Shown here piece after piece: positions 12,392 through 28,253 of a stretch of 64,000 bases of DNA (its first letter is position 1; each line of letters starts with the position of its first letter). A model generated the notes under the pieces. It ran no database searches. It had not been told where the DNA came from and was given only the letters and a program-made list of their open reading frames with translations. Origin of the DNA: Xylographa opegraphella (taxonomy: Eukaryota); contig JALDZX010000027.1 of assembly GCA_022813865.1 (NCBI GenBank), positions 186,001-250,000 on the forward strand, given 5' to 3'. The position numbers and the translations under genes are program-made.

Positions 12392-15300
12392 CTTCCGGTC
12401 CACTCTACGCCACCTTGACCGTGCAAGCCAAATGGATACGTGACTCTCCCCTTTCGCTAATGATCGATAGAGGGATGATTCAATCGACAGGGTAGTTGAT
12501 GTTCTGTGGCAGAAACAATGGGTACGCAGAAGTGATGAGAGCCGTCAAATGCAGTGTGAAGCGAGGCGCAGTCGGCGTGTGTGTGAAAGGAACGGACAAA
12601 GAACTCAACAATGGGGAGCGGACGAGTCGACGGCACGAAGCGAAAGAGTGACTTGATCCGACAAAGGCCGCAGATTCATGAGGTCGAGGAGATCATGATG
12701 CTCCGAGTCTCTCGATTCCGTCGTTCGTAGATGCGATAGGCAAGCAACAAACTTGGCGCAGCTGAAGGCCAGGACGATTGCAGGTTGCGACGAGAGACAG
12801 CGGGGTTTGGGTGAACAGCGTCAAGTTGGGAGTTATCCGTGACAGCTGGAGTGGCCAGTGGAATCTCCGACGACAGATTGGAAGATGTGGACCTTCTTCA
12901 CCAGTTTGCAACGCTGGAGCTGTTGGGGGAGAGGTGTAAGAGAAAGCGACAAGAGCGGTAGGGTGGGCGTTAGGCAGAGCGGCTTGAGGAAAACAGCGAG
13001 TGAGCAAGTCAACAAGTGAGCACGCTTGAGCCAGACCACGACCAGGAACAATGAGGCTCTAACGTGCTTGGGCCTAGTCAGATGCGTGGCCCTACCTCCT
13101 TTCGGACTGGGCCGGCAGCGAGGCACAGACAGTTCAATGAGGCTTAGTGTGACTAGTTTTAGGCCGTTGACTGCAATTGAATGGACGAATCGGGACGGCG
13201 GAGCGGAAGAGGTCTAACTGATGAGGGACGAAGGTCTGCTTCACCGCTGGAAGACCTGTAACCTGTTGCGTTGCACCGGCTTACGCTATCCAGCACGGCA
13301 TTAATCTTGTTAACATAATAGGTAGTAATACTACTGCGCGACAGATGTCCAGCCTTTGGCGATGGACTCGTCTGTATCTACTCAATCAGTGACCAGCAGT
13401 AAGTCCAGTCCTCACATCCCTCATGCTCAAGGACGTGGCGAGTCGAGGCCCGCCGCTCCCTGTCCGCTCGTGCCTGATTATCGAGTCCTGCCGGTGTCAC
13501 ATCCACAGGGCGATGTTGGAAGCCTCATGCATCATAAGCCAGCCAATCTGGCGGATCGATAGCCGTCCGGTCGACGTGGCTTCGCCTTCGCATCATTGCA
13601 TCGGTGAATCACTGCACGAAACCGAGTGGGTGCCATCCACCATGTTCCTGTCGACCAAAAAGGTTGCATGCGCACTTCCGCAACCTTGATGCTTGATGGC
13701 CGTTGTCGTGATTACTACTACCTTAGGGAGCCTCGACCGATCCAGCCAGCCAAAGCACGCCCCCATCTCAATGAGGTAGACCACCCAATCATACGGGCGG
13801 AACCTTGGTTCGCCAGGCCGTTGGTCCCACGCACCATAACGGACAACTGCTTTTTGCATGACGGCTGCTCGTCATCTGCCTTCCCGCAACCCTGTTACTC
13901 CAGGACTGTTACTCCAGACTATTACCGTGGACTGGCTTCATGCCGCTTCCGTAGCCGTAGGACTCCTGCCTTGCCTCGTCGTGAAGGGAGAACGGTAATA
14001 AGATTAGGCTTGATGCGCTGGCGGCACCTCGAAGCCGGTATTCGTTCTGCTTCGCTTGCATCCGTAACTTGAATGTGTCCGTCTAGGGATACCCGGATAA
14101 ACAGGACGAGCATAAGACTGTGTGTGACTTGAATGTTGTTACTACGTCGTGGACGAATAGCGGAATCCACGATGCCTGAGTAAGGAGGGATACGGCATGG
14201 CTCGTTTCTACAAAATTAAAGGAGCAACGTGGACAGAATGTTGCTCGCTCTTGTGTTGCAAGTCCTTCCAATGCTAGAAAGACAATAATCGCCGCTGGGA
14301 CGAAGTGAGTGAGCCTCGTGCTATACACGAGTAACTCGAAAGACTCTTCGGAGAGCTCTCAATTGTGTCAATCAGTGATACAAGTATGTCTTGTCGGTCA
14401 TTATACCAAGTGAATTAGCATATGAAGGTGCAGGATTGCACTGAGAAATGCCACCTCAAGCAACAACGACGCGTGAAAGACGAGCATTGGCGTTCAACTG
14501 AATGCACTGTCCTTGAATGCAACAGAAGCCCATAGGATGCGACCAGCCATTGGGCGGGAGAATCCAGCCTGGTTCACCGAATCAATATCGTTCTTAGGGG
14601 AAAATTCCTATGTAAGTCAGAGGAGATCAGCGATGTCAATTGTTTTCCGCCTGATCGAACAGGACTATGGAGTATTGAATGGTCCTCCGACGCTTTGGCC
14701 CGTCACGATTGTGGGCAGAATTGTACTCCGTACCTTAACTTTTAAGTATCTTATGAGTGTACCTTAGCGATAGCTTGAGCGTCGGGCGCGGGTGGCGGGC
14801 TTTTCACCGCCACACCAAGCCTGAAACATGCTGCCCAAAATAGATTACTGCCCCGCTCCCGGTTAGCGCCGAGCAAGTCTGGCTGGAGAAACATTATTAT
14901 TATTGTTGACGTCTTTATGGTCGTCGAATTAAATGCCTGGTCGAACGACTCGTGTCCTGGCCGGCAAGTCCGGCGGTCTCATGACCACTTCCGGTCCGCA
15001 GAAATGACCGTCACTGATAGACAGATCTTCAACAGAAATCGCGTAAATTTGGAGTAAATCCAGTCCACGCACAAGGAGGATTACCCCTGACGGTGGCTAC
15101 GTACCAGATCCAATTGGCGAGATCCAAACCTCTACTAGACCCGCATTCAGGTTGACATTTCGAGGCTCATCAACTCAGCTCGCTCTCATTACCACGGAAC
15201 GCTGTTCTTTTCCTTCAGTACATTGTCAAAGCCTGGTCGAGTGTGATGCGTGACTCTCATTGCGGATAACACGCACCGTTCTTTGTTCACTTCGAATCCG

Positions 15301-15465
15301 CCCTGGCGGCATCAGCCCGGTTTCAAGCCACTCCACCATCCTTCGCTTTTCACGACACGCTTCCTCAAGAATAGATGAGATCCCATCACATCGTGCTGGA
15401 GATATCACAATAGCATCCTCCGTCTTCTCGAATCTCGAGCTTTCTTTTCACCACAAGCGTTCAGC

Positions 15466-18563
<3,098 letters not shown>

Positions 18564-19225
18564 GCGCTCCTTGATGGGTTATCTCCGGGGGGGGGCGCGT
18601 AGGTTTGGTGGGACTGAGCGACGGTGTGATTCAACAGGGCTTTGCAGGTCAGCCTTCATTGCGTGGGCGTCTGTCTGGTGCTCAGGAATGCGTGCGTTCC
18701 ATTTGTGGTCCTCATTGTCGGCTGAAGCGGGGGTCGGTTGATGACGGAAGACACCCTAAGGTCAAGCGTCTGCGATGTTGTAGCCGCCATCAGGATGAAT
18801 GCATGCTTCGGACTATATGGGTACCCTAGCTCGTCATGCTTGTTCGCTGTGTTGCTTGACGTGATCCACTGTACTTACCCCAACCAGTAGTCTAGCCTCA
18901 AAAAGATATTCGGTATAATGATTTTCCGATTCCGGGCCTGATTCTCCGGGCTGCTGACATAACCGCTGATGTGCCAAGCAAGAGCTGGTGATGAAGCATG
19001 ATTTTGCCCGCATCTATTGCTATTCCTCAGTAAATAAACATTTATCCACAATCTTCTCTAGTGGGACTTCTAGTATCTCCCCTAGCTTCTCTCTCTTTTG
19101 GGGTCCCTGGCCTTTCAGCAATATTAGCGAGCACGTTTCGGAGTTTCGGTGTGTAGCTGGCGATTCATTCCCTAGGCTTTCCCATTCGACAAGATCGTGG
19201 CTGAGGAGCGAGACGCAACAGAACC

Positions 19226-19966
19226 ATGCTCAAAATATGGTCGATGGTGAGCTCGCCTCCATACTCGAAATATCCTCGCAAAGCAAAACTCACTCTACGG
19301 ACATTAGAAACAAGAGCAGCAGAAGGCCGCCAATGCCGAAGGCGGTGGGGCAAAGAAGAAGAAAGTCACGGCTGCCCAACTACGAGTACAGAAAGGTATG
19401 CTTTTGCCTCTTACCCAAGAGAGATTTGTCAAGCAGTCCACTGAATACCGCCTTTTGCAGATATCTCTGAACTTGCGCTCGGCTCCACCATGCGGACCAA
19501 CTTCCCCAACCCGGACGACATCCTCAACTTCACGTTGACGATTGAGCCGGATGAGGGCATGTACAAAGGCGGGGTCTTCCACTTCACTTTCGCCATCAAC
19601 CAGAACTTCCCCCATGACCCGCCCAAGGTGAAGTGCACGCAGAAGATCTACCATCCGAACATCGACCTGGAGGGCAATGTCTGCTTGAACATCCTACGGG
19701 AAGACTGGAAGCCAGTATTGAATCTGAACGCTGTGATAGTCGGCCTGCAGGTGAGGGGGACTCTACCGACAGAAAAAGCTGATGACAAGATACTGATAAG
19801 AGTCTGGGTCTAGTTTCTGTTCTTAGAGCCCAACGCCAGCGACCCACTGAACAAAGAGGCGGCCGAGGATCTGAGGATGAACCGGGAAGGATTCAAGCGA
19901 AATGTGAGGGCGGCAATGGCCGGAGGGGCTGTCAAGTCGGAGCGCTACGATAAGGTCAACAAGTAG
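19226..19966 (+). CDS. UBC12: NEDD8/Rub1-conjugating E2 enzyme
   Basis: [24 protein letters not shown], active site [21 protein letters not shown], tail [20 protein letters not shown]. Introns 19247-19307, ~19396-19460, ~19751-19813. Confidence 0.96.
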
Positions 19967-20825
19967 GAGGCCAGGCAGATATGCGGCGACCCTGTCATGG
20001 GGAGACGGGCCCGAGTGTTCGGGACACGATTTACGAATCTACTGGTGATGAAGCGAATGAATTATCAATGGAGACGAATGGTGCTTTTCAGGGATGGCGG
20101 GAGCGTTACAGAATACTGACCATTCGCATTATTGCGTGTGGTATGCATAGATGAGCGTACGCCGATATAGATGCGTATTACTTGAATAGGAGAGTTGAGA
20201 GTAGCGAACATGTTATAGGATGCAGTGGTCGTTTGCCTTGTGAGCAGGAGCACTGTCTGGATATACGTCGTGTCTGCCATTGAGTGGTCGAGAAGTACCC
20301 ATCATTGCCCAGTGCGGTTTTCAATACAGTCACCTTCCCAAACTGCTGGAGTGAAAAGTAGAGCGTAACGATGTTTTCCTGTATAATAAGGTACTAGGCG
20401 AAGTCGGGGATTTTTGGGATGGCATACGGCGTGAAAACGGCCGGGACAAAAAAAAGATTTCGCCGCGATCAATATACAACTTTTCTCTGCACAACAGCAA
20501 TATGTCCTCCCAGTCTGTGACATCTTTAGTATAATTGACGGCACTCTTGAAATCAGTAAGGATGCACCCTGCTTCTTCTGCAAACATAAAGCCATGAATG
20601 ACATAGTACCACTACTGTCCCTCCATCAATTCACTGCTGTTTGCTTTTCTTCCGTCGTGGTCATAGTGAATTGAAGTGGGATTTGTCTTCATATGCTTTT
20701 ATCCAAATCTGTCCTACCTAGCATATTATAAATATCAGCGGCATTCTTTCCATGAAACCATTACACGTTTCCTAGTTTATCAGAACTTAAGGAAAAACCT
20801 GCAACTGGGTGGAGGGTACGCCAGT

Positions 20826-22610
20826 ATGGCAACAACAGCTCATATCCCGGCATGGAAGAGACTAGGTCTGAAGCTCAAATACGCAAACGATACATCGGAC
20901 GTACCTCTCACGGGCATTGGCGTCAGTCCTGCAGTAAACGGCGTTAATGACAAGAAACGGAAATCTCCGCCACCCCGCGAGGAGGAGAAGCACTCCGCTG
21001 CAGTTCGGCGGAGCACAAAGAAGGCCAAGACGTCGAAACAGATTCCGGACGATTCCTCGACTCCTGTACCCCCGTCCGCGGTGCCTCTAATCTCTCCTAC
21101 GATCACGCACGAGTCGGACGCTGTTCCTGCTCCGTCACCCAGTCCGACCAAACGGAAATCCGTTTCCTTCACCCCGGAGACGAAGACTGTCGACGGCGAA
21201 GGCACCAAGAAGCTCTACGGTGCTTGGCTAGCACAGCAGACGGACGACTTCGATCCTGCCACCGCAGCGCAGGCTCTGCGTCACGTTACTCCACCTCAGA
21301 TCATTCCAGCCACGGCAAGTGAGAGCACCGTCACCTCGACAGCACCCAAAGCCAAGAAACAGAAGCCCTCAAAGCCCGCAAAGACTCCTCAAGCAGCAGC
21401 AAAAGAGGAGTCAACTACAGCGATATTACCTACGCTTCAGTATCTGAAATCGTATTACGAGTCGCGGTCGAGCTGGAAGTTCAACAAGTCGAAGCAGAAT
21501 CAGATCCTGAAGCACGTTTTCAGCTGCTCGAAGATCCCATCGGACTACGACGAAGCTCTGAAAGCCTACATTGCTGGTCTTGAATCCCCTGCTGCCAAGA
21601 AACGCCTCCGAGACGAAGCCATGGACATCCGTAAGGAAGATGAAGATATTGACCAGGATGGGGCTGTCGACATCTCTGAAGACACTGTCAGAACCTCCAA
21701 AGACAACGCTAGTACCTCTGGAGACACTGTCGGGACCTCCAGTAATACTGCCGAGACCTTCGATGACACTGCCGGGACCTCCAATGATACCACCGGGACT
21801 TCTAATGACACTATCGGGACCTCCAACGATACCACCAGCACCTTCAAAACCACCTCCAACCCCACCGAACCTCCATCACTCCCAGCCCCCCTCACCCCCG
21901 AAGCAGCCAAAGCCGCCCGCCACGGCGCCAAAGCCGCCCGACGCGCCGCCGAACCCCTCCAGAAGCAGCACTACCGCCACGCCCTCCACCGCTACAAGCA
22001 AGAACTGCGCGGCCTCGAGTTCGAGCGCGAGGAGCGCGAAAAACTCCTCGACCCCGCCTGGCGCCTCCGCCTGCTCAAACGCAAGCGCGCCGAGCTGGTC
22101 CTGTGGTCCGTTGGGCACGAGGAAGAAGCCGTGGCCGCTGTCGCGGCGCAGATGATCAACGGCGGCGGGGTAGCGGCGCTGTTGCAGCCAGGGGAAGTGG
22201 TCACGGAGATGCCGAGCAAGGGGGCAGGGAAGGGGGAGGGCCCGGTGAAAAGGAGAAGGAAGCGTAAGCGCCGGACGGGGATCCCGGACGATGATAGTAG
22301 TTCGGAGGAGAGTAGCTCGTCGGAGGGGACGACGAGTAGTAAGGAGGTCGAGAAGGAGAGGGTCAAGTGGCTGGGCTTTGGGGGCGAGGGGTTTTTGCGG
22401 TCGGATGACGAGGGTGGTGGGAGCGGTGGTGGGGAGGAGGAGAGCGGTAGTGAGAAGGGGACTGGTGATGGAAGCGGGGAGGAGAGCGGGAGCGGGAGTG
22501 GGGCGGAGAGTGGCAGCGGCAGCGGCAGCGACAGCGACAGCGATGCCGGTGGGAGTGGCAGTGGGAGTACCAGTGGCAGTGGAACCGAGGGCGAAAGCGA
22601 CGAGTCGTGA
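20826..22610 (+). CDS. WKF-domain (DUF2373-like) protein with low-complexity acidic/Ser-Gly tail
   Basis: N-terminal HIPAWKRLGLKLK and LQYL..Y..SSWKFNKSKQNQILK..IPSDYD.AL..YI.GL match the WKF family; basic NLS-like KRRRKRKRR. Confidence 0.8.
   Translation: MATTAHIPAWKRLGLKLKYANDTSDVPLTGIGVSPAVNGVNDKKRKSPPPREEEKHSAAVRRSTKKAKTSKQIPDDSSTPVPPSAVPLISPTITHESDAVPAPSPSPTKRKSVSFTPETKTVDGEGTKKLYGAWLAQQTDDFDPATAAQALRHVTPPQIIPATASESTVTSTAPKAKKQKPSKPAKTPQAAAKEESTTAILPTLQYLKSYYESRSSWKFNKSKQNQILKHVFSCSKIPSDYDEALKAYIAGLESPAAKKRLRDEAMDIRKEDEDIDQDGAVDISEDTVRTSKDNASTSGDTVGTSSNTAETFDDTAGTSNDTTGTSNDTIGTSNDTTSTFKTTSNPTEPPSLPAPLTPEAAKAARHGAKAARRAAEPLQKQHYRHALHRYKQELRGLEFEREEREKLLDPAWRLRLLKRKRAELVLWSVGHEEEAVAAVAAQMINGGGVAALLQPGEVVTEMPSKGAGKGEGPVKRRRKRKRRTGIPDDDSSSEESSSSEGTTSSKEVEKERVKWLGFGGEGFLRSDDEGGGSGGGEEESGSEKGTGDGSGEESGSGSGAESGSGSGSDSDSDAGGSGSGSTSGSGTEGESDES
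21675..21842 (+). repeat. Coding 21-bp tandem repeat, 8 copies (SNDTxGT-like heptads)
   Basis: Units tctgaagacactgtcagaacc, tccaaagacaacgctagtacc, tctggagacactgtcgggacc ... tccaacgataccaccagcacc. Confidence 0.9.
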
Positions 22611-23154
22611 AGGCCAAAGACCCCAACTCTGTATCTAGCACAGACAACTCCCTCCGCTCACATGGCGCAATGAATGGTGCTTACAGCAAAATACCCAGGA
22701 TCCGGCTTTGATGCTACGGTAGCTTCCCTTACAGAGGCGCGTCTGGACCTCCGCTCCGGGCATTCTACAACCCCTCCCCTTTTGTAAATCCAAATGCACT
22801 TGCAATGGCTAGTTTAAAAGAAGAATTGAACAAAAAAGGAACAAAAACATAAAATCACTGCATCAAGCACACAGCCGTCCAGTACACACGATCTGGCCCA
22901 TTACATACATGACAAGCAACCATCTGCCCAACCACTTACAAATGCCCGTCAGATAGCGCCCGCCCCAGTAACGAGCCCACGAAAGCGAACGAGATTAAAC
23001 GAATGCACACCCGCCGGCCTATGCAGCCCCATCTGAAAACGACCTGCTATCCCCCTACCCGCCCAAACGCCAACCCACACCCGCCAAGCCCCCCTTTTGC
23101 CACTCGTAGAAGCATCATTACAAACGGGGGTAGTATCACACCACCAGCACACGC

Positions 23155-26100
23155 TCAACTCTGCTCGGAGCCCCGATCGCCGCCCTGCCTGCGCGGCCAG
23201 GACCCATCTGCCGAGCTCGCTTTGCTCTCCTGCGCGGTGTCCTTCGGCCTCGGCGCCTTCTCCACGGGCGTCTTTCGATCTCGCTCTCGATCCTTGTCCT
23301 TGTCCTTCACGCCCTCCCTCCGCTTGCGCCGCCGCTCCGGCCGGTACACATCGTTGAAGTTCATGACGACGCCAAGGAACTTCATGTCCACGTCCGGCTG
23401 GACGGACAGGTCTCCCAGCAGGACCACCAAGCGCGCTCGGAAGTCGGCCGACAGGTCCTGCAGACGCTTGCGCAGCGAGGGAAGCATCTGGTCGTCGGGG
23501 CCAGTGTGAAGCAACGGGGGCACGGGGCTGTCGATGGCGCGCTCGGGGAGGCGGGATTTGCCTTTGGGGGCACGCTCGCCGTGCAGAGGGGAGGCGGACT
23601 CCTCGTCGTCCTTGTCGCCGAAGCCCCACTTGCCCTGGGCGGTGCGGGTCTCGATCTTGGCCGCGAACTCCTGGCGGCGGGTGAACTCAGCGACGGAGAA
23701 GGAGTAGAGGCCGTCCACGGCTTCCTTGTACGCGAGCATGATCTTGAGGATGTAGTGGAGCTGGCTGGTGAAGCTGTCTTCGCGGGTGCCGGTGATGGTA
23801 GATCTGGCAGAGCCGAGGAGGCCTTTGTGCGTGATGGATTTCAAGTATATGGTGTGTGCGTCGATGAGGTCGTCGAGGGTACAGTTGGGCTGGGCGATCG
23901 CGGCTTGGAGTTGATCCCAACTTGCTTCGATGACCTCGAAGAGGATGTAGTACTGTAGTTGATTGACAAAATGTATCATTTCTGCGATACAACACCGTGC
24001 CACTTTCCAGTCACGGCCCATCTTATCGTCGACACTTGCTAAGACACCTCTTGCGCCTGTCATGCAGCGGCGCCATGTACTCCCAAGCGCAAATTCAACG
24101 CGCTTGATACGCCATAAGAAGTTGAAAACGACAAGGTACTGTTTGTTTGCCCACGGGGTAATGACTACGTCGACCGGAGAGTCAACTTTGTACTCCAAAG
24201 TAAATACATCCCAGCCTATCTCGCCGTGGCTGAGCTCGAGCAGACGTGCGTCTAGCCGCCGAATGACATCTGGCGAGTCGTATTGCGCATTGGAGCCACG
24301 GATGGCGTGTTCGAGCTGAGCGGTCAAGGTATGTCGATATTGAGATCCGGCCGGTCTATCGAGATTGGAAGACAGCGACTCCATTAGGAGTGCAATGAAA
24401 TCACCTTGCCCGAGAAGCAGGTATTTCTTTAAAGCATTGAGATGATCAAAGAGCTTAAACTTGTCATCCATCAAGTGGATGAGGCGAGCCATTGTAGTCT
24501 TGTATGCCTTGTCGATGAATGCCTCCAGAGTAGCAGTGTCACCATAGTGTAATTCCTTGGAAGCATCTTTCGAGTACGCCTCGACCCAGGCGGAGTCACG
24601 GCAACCATACCGAATGAAGTTTAAACTTTTCCCGATCAGGAACACCTTTTTCGCAAAGTCCTCCGTTATGATAGTAGGTACGGTATCATGGTCCAGCTTG
24701 TATTTATCTTCCCATACACTGGTAGCAGGTGCACGCCGAAGATCGGTGCTTTTATCCTCGTTCTGCTTTTGATCCTGTTCGATGACAAAAAACTCATGGT
24801 ATGGGTCTGAGAGTTCTCCGTCGTATATCCATTGCCTGAGCATGTCATAGAAAGGTCTTGTCATATGCACAAGCATACGTTCCGCAAAGGCTGCCACAAA
24901 TGGATCACCATAAGAGGTCGAGAATGAATGTATAAACGATATCAATTGACCTCCCTTTCTACCTAGGGGCTGTCAGCATATCCAAGATCGAGCAGAATAT
25001 AGGCGCGTACTTTTGGATTCTTCAGCCATCATACTCATTAGTCGTAAGCCCATGGTAGCGTCCCTAGTCCATACAACACAACGTTTCAAGGTGACTCCAG
25101 CTTTCCCAATACTACCTTTAGTCTCAGCCTCGTTCAAACTCATAATAGCTCTTCGTATTTCGCCTTCAAGTGTAGCGATGAGGCCCAGGTAGGATCTTAG
25201 CTCACTTCCGATAGCAGATTGCAAGCTCTGCCCAATAAGTCCCTCTTCCTTCGATTGCACAAACTCTGAAAGACCACGGTAGAGCAATGCCGGCTCAGCC
25301 AAAGTATGGAGAAGCGAAATAATAGGAACAGGTAAAGTCGAAGGTAACTGAAGCGTGGTTGAAGAACTAAAGGTAAGATTTGTTGACGAGAGACCTTGAA
25401 GTGTGAAAGGTAGATCACGAAGCAAAGCGACTTCTGTAGGTCTGTCGATATTGGCTTTGGGCAGGCCCGAAGAAGATTCTCCCTTAGCTGATAGAGGCTC
25501 CGGCGTAGACGGTGCATGACGTTCTGTGCCATTTCGTCCATTGATTTTGCTTATATTCTGCAGCGCTGCACTCTGTGTGGATAGCTGGTTCAGTCGAGCA
25601 GAGAATGAAGCATTGTTCGGTACAGACCCTGGGTCATCTTTCTCAAATCGCGCTGAGCTAGAAGGTCGTTCTGATAGATATTCGTGCCGCCCCTTCTGTC
25701 CTGTACCGTGCGGAGACTGCGACCTTGAGATGTCTGCAATCTCTGATGCTGGATCTGCCAATTGATGGAGGAGGTACAGGATTGCCCATTTCTGCGTGAG
25801 GATTGGCAAAGTAAGGAGTCTCGAGTAAAGGTTGGAGTATTGTATGGCTTTATCCGGGGCATCGTTCTCCCGCCATACTACATTGGATCAGCTCTGACGG
25901 CAGCCCGGAAGTCGAAAGCGACGAACACTTTTTCTTTATCAGATCAGAAACGTGATTGATGTCGTAGGATTCTGCTGACCTCTTGTGACTATGTTTAGAT
26001 CAGAGAATACCATAGCGCACATTGTGGCCAAGCTTACTTGCTTAAGATCCTTTTGGTCAGTTCCAAGGCGTCCTCATGTCGTTGATCTGCATCACTTTCG

Positions 26101-26168
26101 TCCTCATCGGGTAGTGCTGGTATGAGCGCGCTCACGAGCGAGGAGAGTGCATCGTTGACTCGTGACAT
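23155..26168 (-). CDS. SPC98: Gamma-tubulin complex component GCP3 (Spc98/Alp6)
   Basis: GRIP motifs LLRDLPFTLQG, WIYDGELSDPYHEFF, IGKSLNFIR, KKYLLLGQGDF, GWDVFTLEY, YYILFEVIE. ATG at 26168 (MSRVNDAL); introns ~26037-25989, ~25926-25878, ~25010-24963 give a continuous frame. Confidence 0.93.
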
Positions 26169-26348
26169 TATCTCGCATCTATAAAAAACATATTTACAGG
26201 TTGTGGCTTTGATAAGGCGTTGCGATTGTGAGAGCCCCGCCGTCGCCTCTTCACGTGTGCGCGCGTTCCGCAATATCAATATCGGCCGATGATCAACAAC
26301 CGATGAAGGCGGTGGCAGAATGTTCCGGAGTGGCGGAGAATCTTTTTG

Positions 26349-26400
26349 CTTGGCAATTACTTGGCAATTGCTTGGCAATTAGGAATTGCCCGAAGCCAAG
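26349..26400. promoter_or_regulatory. Cluster of four GCCAAG (PacC/Rim101 consensus GCCARG) sites
   Basis: CTTGGC at 26349, 26360 and 26371 (11-bp period, CTTGGCAATT x3) plus GCCAAG at 26395-26400, in the divergent SPC98/DsbA promoter. Confidence 0.5.
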
Positions 26401-26523
26401 GGTTAGGTTCGTGTATCCGATTTCAAATATAAATACCGCTACTGCCACCGCATTGAAGTCTGACACCCTTCAATCTGTATTATTGCACATCTGAAGCTGG
26501 CTTTTCACTCGACCTTACGCAGA

Positions 26524-27242
26524 ATGACTAATTTCAAGATCTCGATTGTGTCCGACACCGTCTGCCCCTGGGTAAGTCGCCTTTGACTAGTCTAGCCTCT
26601 ACGCGAAAGAAGACAGCTAACTTGCTATAGTGCTACGTGGGCAAGAACAAACTCGACCGGGGAATATCTGCCTACAAGGCTGCACATCCTTCTGCTAACG
26701 ATACGTTTTCAATCACTTGGAATCCATTCTACCTCAATCCAGATGCTCCCAGGACTGGCATCGATAAGAGAAACTACTACAAGTCCAAGTTTGGGGAGCA
26801 GCGAACCGCGATGATCTTTGAGCGATTATCCTCGGTCGGTAAGGAGGTGGGCATCAATTTTCAATTTGGCGGTTTGACCGGGCGAACGAGAGACTCGCAC
26901 CGTCTGATCCAGTTAGGAAAGAAGAAGGGACCGGACGTGCAGACACGAGTCGTCGAGGAGCTTTTCAGCAGTTACTTTGAAAACGAGCAAGACATCACAA
27001 GCCACCAAGTCCTGGAGGACGCAGCAGTGAGAGCAGGCATGGACCGCGACGAGGTGAAGGCTTGGCTGCAAAGCGACAATGGAGGAAAGGAGGTCGACCG
27101 AGAAGTACGGGAGGCACAGATGAAGAATATCAGTGGAGTGCCGAACTTTACGTTTCAAGACATGTATGAAATCGGCGGGTCGCAGGACCCTGAGAACTTT
27201 GTACGCATATTTGAGAAGATCAAGGAAATAGAAAAATCGTAG
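26524..27242 (+). CDS. DsbA/FrnE-like thioredoxin-fold oxidoreductase
   Basis: MTNFKISIVSDTVCPW-CYVGK (CPWC redox motif split by intron 26572-26630), WNPFYLNP, TRDSHRLI, ISGVPNF. Confidence 0.92.
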
Positions 27243-27815
27243 AATATGTAGAACAATTTTACTATTTATCACGAAGACCGCTTCTGAAAACCCAGCTCTC
27301 CATGGCAGGGTTTGGGCCATGAGTTCCTCGAGCATATGATATGAATATTGATATGGAAGTGATATTTGTACAATGCGATAGAGTGCTCTTCCTGGATTAG
27401 TAAGGGGTTTCCGAAGTCTTCATTGTCTATTGAGTGCAACGGTCATGACAACTTTCTCCTTTACGATATCCATCATTTTCTACTTACACTTCAACGATCA
27501 CATACCTCAAGGGAGAACTGGTGCTATACCGCAATTTCATTCCAGACACGTTCACTCAGGCTGTACTTAGTTGTAAATGTTCAGCATTGCATGCATATAC
27601 CAAATAAGCCTGTCTATCAACTCTTCCGCCTTTCTAATACAGGCTACTAACAGACTCGCATGCTTTAGTTCGCAGAAAATCCAGCTTCACCCATAACTAC
27701 CGATATTCCTCATCGGATCCCTTGCAACTCTGAGTGAAACCTCAACCTAAGCCGCTGCATAGTTGCTCGCATATCAATTCCACAACCCAACTTCCCGTAG
27801 TCTGCAACCACCGCC

Positions 27816-28253
27816 TCAGAAAAAGTTCTTACACTGACACGGGCTGACTCTGCATTTGTCGCAAGTGCTATAGGTGGTCATACCCGGGATGTTTGGCGAG
27901 AGGCTGAATTGGTCTTCGCACTGACACGGACTCATGTTGCATTTTCCGCAATTACTGTTAGTGGTTATTTCCGGGTTACTTGCTGGATAGTGCTGAGAAG
28001 GACAAGCACACTGCGCCACTGGCGAGCCACACATATGGCAGCAGCTGGTGTCCGTAGCAGTGTTTTGGCTCATGGACTCGTCACAGGTACTGCGAGTGGT
28101 TGCATTCGTGATGCTTCCTATCCTCATACATGTGCATTTCGCAATGGGCTTTTTGCAACGTTCGCAGTAGCGGTAACCGTAGTTGATCCTGCCGTCAAGG
28201 TTCTTGGGTACACCATCGGCCTCCACAATCGAGAAGAATGAGCCGTTGCACAT
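27816..28253 (-). CDS. Small orphan cysteine-rich protein (145 aa) with four CxxC-x4/6-CxC motifs
   Basis: Intronless ORF from ATG at 28253 (ACAATG context) with CERC..CTC, CHMC..CAC, CGKC..CQC, CDKC..CQC; TATATAA-like element about 200 bp upstream (~28455-28462). Confidence 0.65.
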   Translation of the reverse strand: MCNGSFFSIVEADGVPKNLDGRINYGYRYCERCKKPIAKCTCMRIGSITNATTRSTCDESMSQNTATDTSCCHMCGSPVAQCACPSQHYPASNPEITTNSNCGKCNMSPCQCEDQFSLSPNIPGMTTYSTCDKCRVSPCQCKNFF

